Source: Camelus ferus
Lineage: Eukaryota
DNA: 64,000 nucleotides
Direction: 5' to 3'
Assembly: GCF_009834535.1 (NCBI RefSeq)
Contig: NC_045697.1
Coordinates: 90,026,001-90,090,000, forward strand
Positions 39,461 to 50,999 of this stretch are shown here, piece by piece. Numbering within the stretch: position 1 is the stretch's first letter; each line of letters starts with the position of its first letter. Both the position numbers and the translations under genes were made by a program. The notes under the pieces are model-generated. The model had not been told where the DNA came from and ran no database searches. It saw only the letters and a list, made by a program, of their open reading frames with translations.

Positions 39461-41350
39461 GGTCCAAGATGGCAACACAAGAAGATATACATATGGCTAC
39501 ATATGGAGCAATTCTCTCTGAAAAAGGCCTGAAAACTAGATGAACTCCTCCTTCAAATCAAATGAGAAAAGGCCACAACGAGGTGGGTAGGAGAGTCTGA
39601 GATGCAGTCTTGTGATCAACCCCACCTCGGGTGCAGCAACCTACAATAAGGAGGAGACTCACAAACCGGAGCTTCTCCCTGAGGAACAAAGGGTTCATTC
39701 TCCACACCAGTCAACCTAACTCCTAAGACCTAGACATGAAGAGATGAGCCCCCAAAACATCTGGTTTTGAAAACCAATGGGGCTCACGTTGACAAGACCC
39801 AAAGGTCTGTAACAAGCTGCGAATCTGCTCTTAAAGAGCCTGCATGGAGAACCACTCACCCCAGGGCTCCGTGCAGAAGCAGCAGTTTGAAAAGCACTTA
39901 GACTATGTACGAAAGAGTTTCATTTGCTAACCTTAAACGTGTCCACCAGTGGGGCACAGGCTTATTGGGATCCTCTCCAGGGAGTGAGGCACTGGCAGTG
40001 CCATTTTCACACTGTCCCTCTATCTGACTAAAGTCGGTAGGCACAACATTTTTTCCCTTGGCATCTTTAACCCCAACCAGCAGCACCATCTTGGTGTACT
40101 CCTTAGCCTTGCTGAAGCCAGACGACAATCATCTCTTTTTTCTTTTCTCCTTTTTTTCTTTTTTCCATGAGGTGTGCCATCTCCTAACTCTCCTTCTGCC
40201 GTACCCCACAGAAAGAGCATCTTCTGCAGGGGATCTTTTATACATGTCTGTTGCCTCAGTTTTTGCAACTGCAGTGCAGAGGATCCCCTTTTGGGGTGCC
40301 TGGTTCTGGAGTCCAAGGGGTGCTTCTGTTCCTGGGTCCCACGAACTGTAACATTTGGAGAGTTTTTCGTCAGACTACCATGTCCATGGCACTGCACAGA
40401 TAGCAGACTGAAGCACACCCCCAGTCTTTCTGAGAAAGAGGCCAATTTGTTTGTCCAGAACCTTTAGCCTGAGGGGCAGGCTTCTGATACAGCACAACCC
40501 TAGAGGCCCGCAGAGGTGCTCTCCAGAAACAGAGGCTGGTAGACACGATCTTTGCACCCTGTCTCAGCCTCACTCCGGCTTGCCAGTAAATCCCCAAAAG
40601 AGGCTTATAGGCTTGTCTGGGACCCCAATTTCTGCAGTTGCTGGCAGGGGACACCTCTACCTCACCTGGCTCTGGAGGTCAGTGGGGCTCATGCTTGCAG
40701 GCCCCACAGGAATATAACCAATGGAGAAACAGTACTTAAACAGCCACCACCCTCAGGGCACAACAAGATGCAGCAGCCCCAGGAGTTCAGTCTTCCTGTG
40801 ACAGAGGCCTTTAGGCTTATCATCACAATTGAACCTTAAGGGCTAGGCTTTTAATGAAATATATCTTTATGAGTTGAGTGTAAACTTTTCAAGTGACCTC
40901 AGAAGGTAGATATTATCTTCACTTTTTCACTCTGCAGCACTCCCGAGAGCCCTATCTCTCATAGGGGAGCTCTCACACATAACTGGTACCCTGGCTTTTA
41001 TGTCTGGTGACCCAGTTTTTGCAGCTGCCACACAGGGGAAAACCCTTGATTACCTAGCTCTGGTAACCAGGGAGGCCTACGTTCCTGGGCCCCACGGGAC
41101 TATGACAATTAGAGCAAGTTCTTGGCAGGCTATCACTCCCTGGGTACTGCACAGACAGCAGACTGAAACAAACCCCCAATCTTTCTGTGAAAGAGGACTA
41201 TTTACCTGTTGGAGCTTTGGCCTAAGGGGTAGGCTTCAGGCTTTCCATACATTTAGAGGCCTACAGAAGTGCTCTCAGGAAACATACATCTGAGATGACT
41301 TGTTTTTCAACTCTTTCTGCCTCACAATAGCTCCCCAGTATCTCCCAGAA
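39461..41350 (+). mobile_element. LINE-1 5'UTR with internal repeated monomers
   Basis: Starts ccaagatggc; GC-rich; three diverged copies of a unit of about 370-380 bp near 40250, 40620 and 41005; ORF1 follows downstream. Confidence 0.8.
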
Positions 41351-41370
41351 AAAAAAAATTTTCATTTTTA

Positions 41371-41815
41371 ATAAAAAATTGAAATTAGAACCACCCTATG
41401 ATCCAGCAGGAATTCCATTCCTGGGTATTCATCTGAAGAAAATGAAGATACTAATTAGAAAAGATATACGCACCCCTATGTTCACTGCAGCATTATTTAC
41501 AACAGCTAAGATATGGAAGCATCCTAAGTGCCCATCAATAGATGAACAGTATGCTAAACAAAATAAGTCAGAGAAAGACAAATACCATATGATTTCACTT
41601 ATACATGGAATCTTAAAAAAAAAAAGAAGTAAAAATAACAAAGCAGAATCAGAGTTACAGATACAAAGAACAAACAGGTGGTTGTCAAAGGGGAGGGTGT
41701 TGGAAAGAGGAAAGAAATAGGTAAGAGAAGTTGAGAAGTACAAACATCCAGTTGTAAAATAAGTAAGTCACAGGTATGAAATGTACAATATGGGGAATTT
41801 AATTTTAAAAAAAAG
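41371..41815 (+). mobile_element. Separate 5'-truncated L1 3' end inserted into the older L1
   Basis: Encodes KLEPPYDPA...TPMFTAALFTTAKIWKHPKCPSIDE, then 3'UTR and an A-rich tail; lies between the 5'UTR and ORF1 of the host element. Confidence 0.85.
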
Positions 41816-41819
41816 AAAA

Positions 41820-42899
41820 TATAAGAAAGTACCAAACAGATATCCTGTTGCTGAAGAATGCAATAACCGAACTGAAAAATACTCTTCATGTGTTCACCAG
41901 CATACCAGATGAAGAAGAAAAAGGGATCAGTGATCTCAGAGACAGGGCACTCAAAGTAGCAAAAAAGAAAAAGAGAGTTTTAAAAAGTCAAAATAGCTTA
42001 AGGGATTTACAAGACAACATCAAGCTGACTTACACTTGCATTATAGGGCTCCAAGCAAAAGAAGAAATAGAGAAAGGCACAATAGCCAAGATACGTAAAC
42101 AGCCTACCTGCCCACTTACAGATGAATGAATAAAGAAAATGTGGTACAAGTATGCCCACTTTTCTAAAGTTTGCTTTCACCACTTCACTTTTACTAAAGA
42201 CCTATGTGAGTATTTGTTTTCATTAATGAAAAGAGATCCAAAGAGGATTTTTAATTTTATGAAAAAATGTAATTGCTTCTTCACTTTATACCATTTCCAC
42301 TTATGAGATGTTTAATAGGAGCATTCTACTTTCAGATATTGGGGAAATTTTAAAGTATATACAATGGAATATTACATGACCATAAAAAAGAATGTGATCC
42401 TGACATTTGCAACAATATGAATGGATCTTGAGGGCATTATGCTAAGTGAAATAAATCACACAGAGAAAAAGAAATCCCTTATGAACTGACTTACATGAGG
42501 GATCTAAAAAACTAAACAAGCAAAGAAAAAAACCAAGGTCATAGACATAGAAAACATATTTGCAGTTGCCAGAGGTGAGGGGGTTGGTGAATGGGAAAAA
42601 TGGGTATAAAGGATCAAAAGGTACAAACTTTCAGTTCTAAATAAGTAAACTATGGGGATGTACTATACAGTACAATAACTATAGTTAGTAATACTGTATT
42701 ACATACGTGAAAGTTGCTGAGAGATTAAAAGTCTTCATCACAAGAAGAAAAAGAAGTAAAAAATCTGTAACTATGTTTGGTGATATACGGTAACAGACTT
42801 ATCACGGTGACCATTTCACAATGTATACAAATATGGGATCATTATGTTGTATACCTGAAACTAATATAATGTTATACGTTGATTATACTTAAATAAAAA
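41820..42899 (+). mobile_element. L1 ORF1 fragment fused to ORF2 end and 3'UTR
   Basis: ORF1-like LKNAITELKNTL...SLRDLQDNIKLTYTCIIGL...EEIEKG runs directly into ORF2-end TIAKIRKQPTCPLTDE. The 3'UTR ends cctgaaactaatataatgttatacgttgattatacttaaataaaaa. Confidence 0.88.
42147..42350. mobile_element. TcMar-Tigger-derived MITE nested in L1
   Basis: Interrupts L1 at gtggTA. Degenerate terminal inverted repeats cccacttttctaaagt / actttcagatattgggg. Resembles laurasiatherian Tigger derivatives. Confidence 0.7.
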
Positions 42900-43039
42900 T
42901 AATGGGTGAACTATGAACAAACACATACATAGATATGGTATCTTAAATTCAATACCATAAATGGTGATGTGACCTCTAGTATAGTGAATTTAAGTTTGGG
43001 ATAATTCCATATGGACAGATACTATACATACGTATTTTA

Positions 43040-43910
43040 TACCCATTTTTTCAAATATGATTTTTATCTTTTCAATTTGCAAGAGTCATTGGCATTTTAA
43101 AAATACTGACCATCAAATTATTAAAGATAATGTATTTTTCCCAGACAATAATTTGCATTTTGACTTTGACATTCAATTTTTTGTTCTTCATTCCCACATA
43201 TATTTATCTTTTTTAGTTTCCTATCTTGTTTAGAAAAATTCTGTCTACACTGGGCTAACAGTTATACAATTTATTGTTTATTATTATGTTTTTGTCTTTG
43301 ATCTTCTGAAACCCCAGCTTTGTTAGTGTTTGCCAGATACATAACCAACTATGTCAGCATCTCTCATTAAATAATATATTTTTTCCATAAAATGTATTAT
43401 AATTTTCCCATTATTTTAAATCTACTAATGCCTTTGATTTTATGCCTAAATTCCTATTGCATTAAACTAATCTGCTTTTATATTCCTGTGCCAATGCCAT
43501 GCTGTTTTGATTACAATGATTTAGTAGTAAGTTTCAGTATTAGCAAGGCAAGTTTCCACTTAATATTCTTGTTTTTCATACACTTCCTGAATATTCTAGC
43601 ACATTCTTTCATGTAATTTTGTAAATAGTTTTATCTAATTGTTGAAACCATAGCTATTCTGCCCAAAAATGCATTAAACGTAATAAACTAATATAAAGCA
43701 ATTGCTATTTTTATATTATTTTCCCACCAAATACCATCAGCATCTCTCAATTTGTTTGTTTTTTGTTTAATGTCCTAAATAATGTATAAACATATAACAT
43801 AATGAATAACTAAATAGTGAACATTTTTGTAACTACCACTTAGGTCAAGAAATAGTACATTACTATCACCCAAAAGTCCCTCAACCAATGTGTTTCTTTC
43901 CCAGATACAT
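43040..43910 (-). mobile_element. Ancient L1M fragments
   Basis: tattcctgtgccaatgccatgctgttttgattacaatgatttagtagtaagtttcagtat; gtaactaccacttaggtcaagaaatag. Confidence 0.6.
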
Positions 43911-44298
43911 TGTAGTAAGCAAGTCTCCTAGGTTTTATCAACATGCCCCATTTCCTCACCTAGCACATATGGCTGCCAATATTTTATTGACCTGAGAGGA
44001 AGGCTGAAGGGAATAGAAACAAGTGATACAGCTTCCTTTAACCCCCTACTAACCTTTTTCTTTTAATGAACATTTAGAAAAGAAAGCTTAAATGAACTAT
44101 TGCTAAAGCAATACAAGTTTATCTTTCGGCTGTGAGATAGTATTAATTTTATTAAATTAAATATTCCTAAAGCACTTTATACTTGCCTTTTAGCTTTGAG
44201 ATAATTATTCATTTTACTTATTTTAATAATGATCCTTTAATAGAGTCCCACACGATGTAAAAAATATATTGTAAAAATATATTTTTTAAAAATATGTT

Positions 44299-44445
44299 GG
44301 GGGAGAGGGTATAGGTCACTAGTTGAGCTCACACTCAGCAGACACAAGATTCTTGGTTCAATCCCCAGTACGGCCATTATAAATAAATAAAAACCTAATT
44401 CCCTCCTCCCCAAAAAAACAAACAAAAAAAGAATAAAAATATGAA
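44299..44445 (+). mobile_element. tRNA-derived camelid SINE (Vic-1-type)
   Basis: ggggagagggtataggtcactagttgagc (A box), ggttcaatcccc (B box), aaataaataaaaacctaattccctcctcccc and an A-rich tail. Confidence 0.85.
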
Positions 44446-44943
44446 AAAATCAATAAAACAGCTCAAAAAAATGTATCCTAAAAAAAATGTCGGCATTCTT
44501 ATACATAGGAATTGATACTAAAAACTTAAAATACTATCCAAATAATTGGGTCAAACAGGTAAAAAAAATCAGTTAAAAATATAGACAGCTGATTAAAATA
44601 TACTTTTCTGTAGTAATTCTGGTAAATATCTCAATTATTCACTTCAGTTAACATGTGCTGATCCCAGCTAAATAATTTCAAAATACCTTAAGAGTTTCTT
44701 GAAACAAATGACATAAAATTGGTTTTTTTGAATTGGCACATGAATGGACTAATTTCTCTATGCCAACATAGAGCAACTTTACAAATTCTAAATAAATCAT
44801 TTAAAATATAATGACCCCACTAGTCAAATATGTACAATAATCATTATCACACAGGTAAGTACTACATTTAAATTAAAAAGAACCTCCAATCTCATGAAGG
44901 TACAAAATTGAAGAACATACATAACATTGTACCAAATACTCAC

Positions 44944-45029
44944 ATATAATTTATAATATAATTTAGATAAATATTGTATAGTTTTTATTTTCAAGTCTTT
45001 TTGTGATTTAAATTTAATGTTGAGTCTCC
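44944..45029 (-). CDS. Candidate coding exon, 86 nt, phase 1-0 ((G)RLNIKFKSQKDLKIKTIQYLSKLYYKLY)
   Basis: Strong acceptor gcctttcattttctgtag|gg and donor TAT|GTGAGT; the frame stays open despite extreme AT content. Confidence 0.5.
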
Positions 45030-45527
45030 CTACAGAAAATGAAAGGCAATTTATATTTGAAACAATTTTGTTATTTTGGTCTCTGTCTAAAAAATCAGTT
45101 TCTCCTCAATTGTGCGTGTGTATGTGTGAGAGAGATACAGTCAAAACAAATAGAGAATTATAATTAGAAAGGGAATTTGGGGTAGTGGCAGAGCCAGAAT
45201 TTGGGGCCTCAATAACCTCAAAATGTCAATTGAAGGAAAAATTAAATAGAAATAAAGAAATACATAAGGTCAGCTAACACTTAGGAATCTTCAATATGAG
45301 AATGTGCTGGTAACAATCTCAGAACTGCAAAATCCCATTTAAATTTAAATAGGAAGATTGATTGATTTTCTAATGTTCTAATGTAAAGGACTAAAATAAT
45401 AGGACATGAAAACGTGAACAAACAATGCCATCAATTTTATGTAGTTCTTTTATTGCATTTTTCTAGTCTGTTTGAATTGTTGCTTCTTTCAGCTTCTCCT
45501 TTCAACTCTTCATGCCTTTTCTCACAG

Positions 45528-45569
45528 ACACAAAAGGCACAAAAGCCAATCCCAGGATTTTCTCAAAGG
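45528..45569 (+). other. 42-nt exon-like segment on the plus strand
   Basis: Long polypyrimidine tract ending ccttttctcacag| and donor AGG|GTGAGT. Confidence 0.35.
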
Positions 45570-45829
45570 GTGAGTGTGTTGGATAAGGCCTAACAGGTAC
45601 ACCTGGTGCAACCAGTCCCAGATGGCCCTGCCCTGAAGTAAAGTGAAAGCATTCTATTTATTTAAAGCTGTATCCCCAGTAGGTGCCCAGATCTGACCCA
45701 CAACAGGTGCTCTGTAAACTAAAAATAAATCATTGACACTGAATCTAATGTTCTAATTATATTTCAATTACAACAGTGTCAAAAAATCAGCATCACCTTG
45801 TAAATGCGAGGTGTAAACACAATTGGCCA

Positions 45830-46010
45830 ATGAAATGTTCAGTGGTCAAGGACAACAGCAAGACCGACTGGGACATATTGGCTCCGCCACCCACTACTCA
45901 TCTAACTTCCACAATTTACATAAACTTTCTATGCCTCAATTTCCTCATCAGTATTAAAGGTAATATTAGTATCTGTATCATGACCATTTTGTTTCAATTT
46001 AAAAAAATAT
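45830..46010 (+). mobile_element. MIR SINE fragment
   Basis: cagtggtcaaggac...ctttctatgcctcaatttcctcatcagtattaaagg. Confidence 0.7.
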
Positions 46011-46489
46011 CAGGGAAGTTTTTAATGCTTAAATCTAACAATTACAAAGAATGACAGCAGGCATTTATTTGTGTCAGAATCAAAAGACAATTTTGTCATA
46101 CTAGTCCCTGAGCCTAAGATATAGATATGATTTAAGATATATCAGGTAAGCGGCTTACCTTAACCTAGTAACACTATGTATATCAATGCCTTATTAGGAT
46201 TATCAAGCAACCATCAAATCGCTCCTATTCAAATTTCATAGTGAATGGAAGCAGGTATTTGAATAATCAAACAACAAACAATTTTAGTTTCGTCAAAAAC
46301 TAGGATAATTCCTTTCCACATGCCTTTTCACTAAAGAACTATTTAAAATGTACTGAAATGAGAATGATTTTAAAGCAGGTTAGTTCAGTATGCTATGTAT
46401 CAGGATAAAAAATAAGTATCAAAGTTTTACACGGGAACAGCAAAATTCATGCACATATACATAAATAGATATATATTTCTATGTATGAA

Positions 46490-47232
46490 AGTTCTAACTG
46501 GTTATAATGCAATTATGACATTAATTACCTGGAAATTTAAGGTAAATTTCACAGGTTAAGGGCACAGTCCTTCACAAAACTCTCCTCACTTCAGACATCA
46601 GCTACAATCCCTGGGATCCACAGGATACCTACACTTCTGACCAACTGTCTACAAATTCAGGGGTTCCCATTACCTCCTCAGGATCAGAAATTGGCTGAGA
46701 TAACTCACAGAACTCAAAAAAACATTATAATTTGATTACAGTTTTATTATTACAAAATACAAATAAGAACCAGACAAATGAAGAAATACGTAGAGGGAGA
46801 CCTGGGAGGTTCCCAAATGCAAAGCTTCTGTGTCCTCAGGATACAGTATCCTCCTGGCACACTGATGCGTATCACCAACAAGAAAGCTCTTCCAAGCTTC
46901 AGATAACCAGCATTTAATTGGAATCTCATTGTGCAAGCATGATTAATTGAATCCTTGGCCATGTACTTCAACTCAATCTCCAGCTCCCCTCTCCTACCAA
47001 GGTCTGGAGCTCAGGCTGCTGTCACGCAGTTCAAAGCACCACTCCTCTTGTCACATGGCTAGTCTTTTCAGCAGGGCCATCCCCCATGCTGTGACTCTGT
47101 GGGGCCTACCATGAGTCACCTTGTTAACATAAACTCAGATGTGGTCCCAGGTATCCACCATTAACAACAAAGAGCTTTGGGGAATTCCAGGAACCAGGGA
47201 CAAATGTCAGCCAAACGGTTTATTACACAACA
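46490..47232 (-). mobile_element. LTR element, MER21-like
   Basis: acaggttaagggcacagtccttcacaaaactctcctcacttcagacatcagc...actcacagaactca...ccaggaaccagggacaaa...ttattacacaaca. Confidence 0.78.
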
Positions 47233-48571
47233 CTGGCATTAAATAAAATTGTTCAACATATCTTTGGATAACATTTGAAAGGCATCCAAATAAAGTAAGT
47301 TATTGACATGTTACATAGTGGAACTTTCCAGCTATGAACAAATTTAGATGATTGCTTCTTATAAACAATGTCATAAATCCATGTACCAACTCACTGGAAT
47401 TTAACCCATCCACTGTAAATCTATCCATTAACATAAAGGTAATGAGTCTCTATAGTTTGTAAGGTTTCTGTTCCTCATGTAAGATGTTAAAGGAAAGGAA
47501 GTGCATAGTTTGACTAAAATTAAGGTTCAATTTTAAAAGTTGCACACCATGTTACATTAAAGACAAAAAGTCACAATTACAAAGTACCTCTGGGTGGTTC
47601 ATCCTCAGTCTAGTGACACTACTTGGTGTAACTGCTGCAAGGAAACTAATCAGCCACTGTGAAGGGCCAATAGTTAGAGGACATGTTGCTGTGTAAGGCT
47701 GGCCTGGTTTCCAGCTGTGCCAGCTTACTCACCCTCTTGCTTGAATCTAAGTAAGACCCTTGTGTATCAGATACAGACTCTGGTAAAGTTCATGTGTCAA
47801 TTTTCCCAGGAATCTTTCCAAGAAATCAAATCTGCCTGGTCTTAATAAAACTGTTTGCAGTATGACTGCTGAGAGGGACCCAGGAAAAATGCATGGAAGC
47901 TCTCACAACCACAGACGAATCACGAGGTCACTACTACAGTCCTTTAGCTGTTACGAAAATAGCATGAACTCAAATAATCCCAAATAAAACAAATTTAAGT
48001 TTGTGAACAAAAGAAAAGGAAACAAAGCAGTTGTAGAAAACCAGTCTGTCAATGAATAAAATCAAAGCATCAGGATTTTCTTATAGACTAGCCCTCTCTA
48101 TTGTAAAAATTAAACATGCAAATGAATTTTCTACCACACTGTCTTCAAAAAAAAAAAACAAAACCTAATTTTATCTAGGCTACAAGTAGCATTACTCCCA
48201 TTTCACAGATTTTTTTGAAAGAAAAAAAAATTTCTAAGTTCCTAAGGCACAAGCATGAATTGACAGAAATAGAATGGAAACGTTTATAATTTTTTTTAAA
48301 CAAGTCAGGCCAGAGGGTTCTAAAGGAAACTCTAAGGAGACAAAACCACAAACGTGTGGTGTTCTCCAATTGTGGATAAAAATCTGCCAGCTGAATCATG
48401 CACACTGATGTGAAAGAACTGGGGAAACCAGTTCTTTGTGAACCCTCAAAAAGAGAGTCCATATATATCCTTTTATTCTTAATTTTCCTTTAACAAGATC
48501 CTTCATCCCTCAGACTTAGAAATCACTCAATTTAACTTACAATTTACAACACTGTATCTCTGTTTCTAACT

Positions 48572-49035
48572 TGTGTTAGTTACCAGTACTACTGTATCAA
48601 AGTGCCTAAAACAGCACAGATACAGCATCTTATGCTTCTGGAGGTCAGTTCTGAAGCAGGCCTCACTGAGCTAAAATCAAGGTGTCTGCAGGGCGGCAGT
48701 CTTTCTGAGGCTCTGGGGAGAATCTCATTCTGGGCTTTCACTTTCCTAAAGGCCACTTGTTTTCCTTGAGACATGGCCCTCTTGCTCCATACTCAGAGCC
48801 AGCAATGGCCAGGGAAGTCTTTCTCACATGGTATTACTCGGACTCTGTTCTTCCACCTCTCTCTTCCGCATGAAGGACGCTTGTAATTACTGCATAATCC
48901 AGGCCACGCTCCCAGTTTTAAAGTCAACTGATCACCAACCTTAATTCCACTGGAAACCTTAATTCCTCTTTGCCACGTAACCTAACATAATAAAAGGTAC
49001 TGAGGGTGAGAATATATGCATCTTTGGGGGTGCAG
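48572..49035 (-). mobile_element. MaLR solo LTR, MLT1C/D-like
   Basis: ttctggaggtcagttctgaagcaggcctcactgagctaaaatcaaggtgtctgcaggg...gtcaactgatcaccaaccttaattcc. Confidence 0.85.
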
Positions 49036-50068
49036 GGTGGGGGTGGGGAGCAGGAATCAAAGTTTATACACATGAAAATATTATAGGCTAGTTTGGTGAG
49101 TTTGGTGTGAGAACACAACAGTAGGAATACCAAAACTTCAATTTTGGTTCTGACCCTACAACAAGTACATGCTATGATCTTCATCAAATAAATCATGCAG
49201 CCTCTCTGGGCCTCAGCTAGTAAATTTTTACTCATTTATCCTGAAACACTTAATTAAATTGAATTCATCTGACTTATTTGCACTGTTAAATAATAAATTT
49301 TAAATTTATCACAGAAAACGTAAGACAGTTTTTCAACAAAGGGCTTATGTTCAGAGTTTCATATTCATGCCGTCCTAAAGCTCTCTTCCTATTTTCTTAA
49401 ATTTTACCAGCACTGAAAACATTTTGATTGTGAAGTCATGATCTGTAGTAATTATGATCTTTGTAAACCTACCTAGAAGTGACTGTTCAGTACATGATAT
49501 TTCTAAAATTCATCTCATTTAGCACAGGAAACAGCTTCCTATTTTTTAATATATTACTACTATCATTAAATTGTCTGAACTTCAAAAGTTCAATTTCTCA
49601 GTCAAGGCGTTAAAATTTTATCTACACTGACCAAAACATGCAGAGAAAGAAACAGAATAACTCAAACATCACAAATAATGCTATAGCTGAGATTCATATA
49701 TACATTTCACTATGATACATATTGAAGCATAGTTCACTTGAAGTAATCATGTTGTGTTAATTATATGTATATAAATTTAAAATTTCAATTTCAAATGACA
49801 AGGAGAATGATCTGGGTCTCAAACACTGAAAGCATTCTAACAGAGTAAAATCGGGTCCCTTGGTCTTAACCACAGTTAAAATTGAAATATTGTTCTATTC
49901 TACTTCTCAATATTTTTGGAGAAAAAAATAAGACTCTTTGGAGAGCTTCTAGTAAGACAGTAAGCACTATCAACGAGTGAGGAGACAGTGGTGCCTCAGT
50001 CTTACCAATATACTAGGCTTTCCAGAAAGCAAGTGTGAATTGAGTTTGTCCAAAGGACAATATTCAAC

Positions 50069-50665
50069 TGCTACCAAACAAGATTTTTTTTTCTTATGCA
50101 GAAAAGAATTTAAGAGTGATGCATAGTAAAGTGAAATAGATTTCTTCAGAGAGATACACACTCCATAGACAGAGTGTGGTCCCTCTCACTCAGAAGGGAG
50201 TGGCTTAAGAGATACACACTCCATAGGCAGAATGTGGACCATCTCAAAAAGCAGGCAAAGGGAGAGAGGCCAAGAGGTGTAGGGGTATTTAGTTTAAAGT
50301 AAAAGTAGATAAACACTCCATAGACAAGAGTACAGGCCTTCTCAGAAGGCAAAAGAGAGAGAGGGACCACGAGGTGTCAGTTGTTAGCTTTTATGGGCTT
50401 GGTGATTTCATATGCTAATGAGTAGGAGAAAAATTCCAACTATTTGGGGGAAGGGGTAGGGATTTCCAGGAATTGAGACATGCCCACTTTCTGGCCTTTT
50501 ATGGTCAGCCTAGGAACTGTCATGGTGCCTGTGGGTGTGCCGTGAGGCTCAAGTCCTACTGGAAGTGAAATCTTCTGCCATCTTGGTTCTAAATAGTTTG
50601 TCCTGTCCTCAATTGCTGTGTCATTCCTGTCATGACTGTGCCCTGCCCTCTTCCCTTCCATCCCA
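50069..50665 (-). mobile_element. MER41-like ERV1 solo LTR (597 bp)
   Basis: TG...CA ends with exact 4-bp TSD CAAC (50065-50068, 50666-50669). Minus-strand blocks aaccaagatggc, cacccacaggcaccatgacagtt, ctcaattcctggaaatccctacccctt, ttagcatatgaaatc and ctatggagt are colinear with the MER41 consensus as I recall it. Confidence 0.82.
50464..50472. promoter_or_regulatory. GAS (STAT-binding) motif TTCCAGGAA inside the MER41-like LTR
   Basis: Exact TTCNNNGAA match at the position homologous to the MER41 STAT1 site. Function not shown. Confidence 0.55.
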
Positions 50666-50999
50666 CAACTAGTCTGTTTTGGACAAAATATAACCTAACT
50701 AGTACTACAAAATTGGAAAAAATGTATAAGTTCCGGTATCTTGGCAGGAAAAAGAAAACAGTTTAGATCTCTATCTCTATCCTAGTCGTGCCTTTATATT
50801 AAATATTTCCTATTTAACCTTTGTATACCTTCTATATAACTCTGATAAGGAAGGGTTTTATTTTTTAAGGGTCAATTCAGTTGAAATAGCATTAAAAAAA
50901 AAACAGGATGTGATATTTCCCCATTGGGGGGGGACAAGCTTAAAACATGTCACATCATTTAATGAATAACTTATAACTTTTTTAATTTCCTTCAGTTCA

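Noticed and set aside
39898..41293. Cluster of overlapping 60-141 aa ORFs on both strands
   Set aside because: Explained by the GC-rich, repetitive L1 5'UTR.
44299..44375. tRNA-like A and B boxes
   Set aside because: Head of a tRNA-derived SINE with an A-rich tail, not a tRNA gene.
50150..50345. Spaced direct repeats superficially like a CRISPR array
   Set aside because: Only three diverged copies with unequal spacing, inside a mammalian LTR, with no cas genes.
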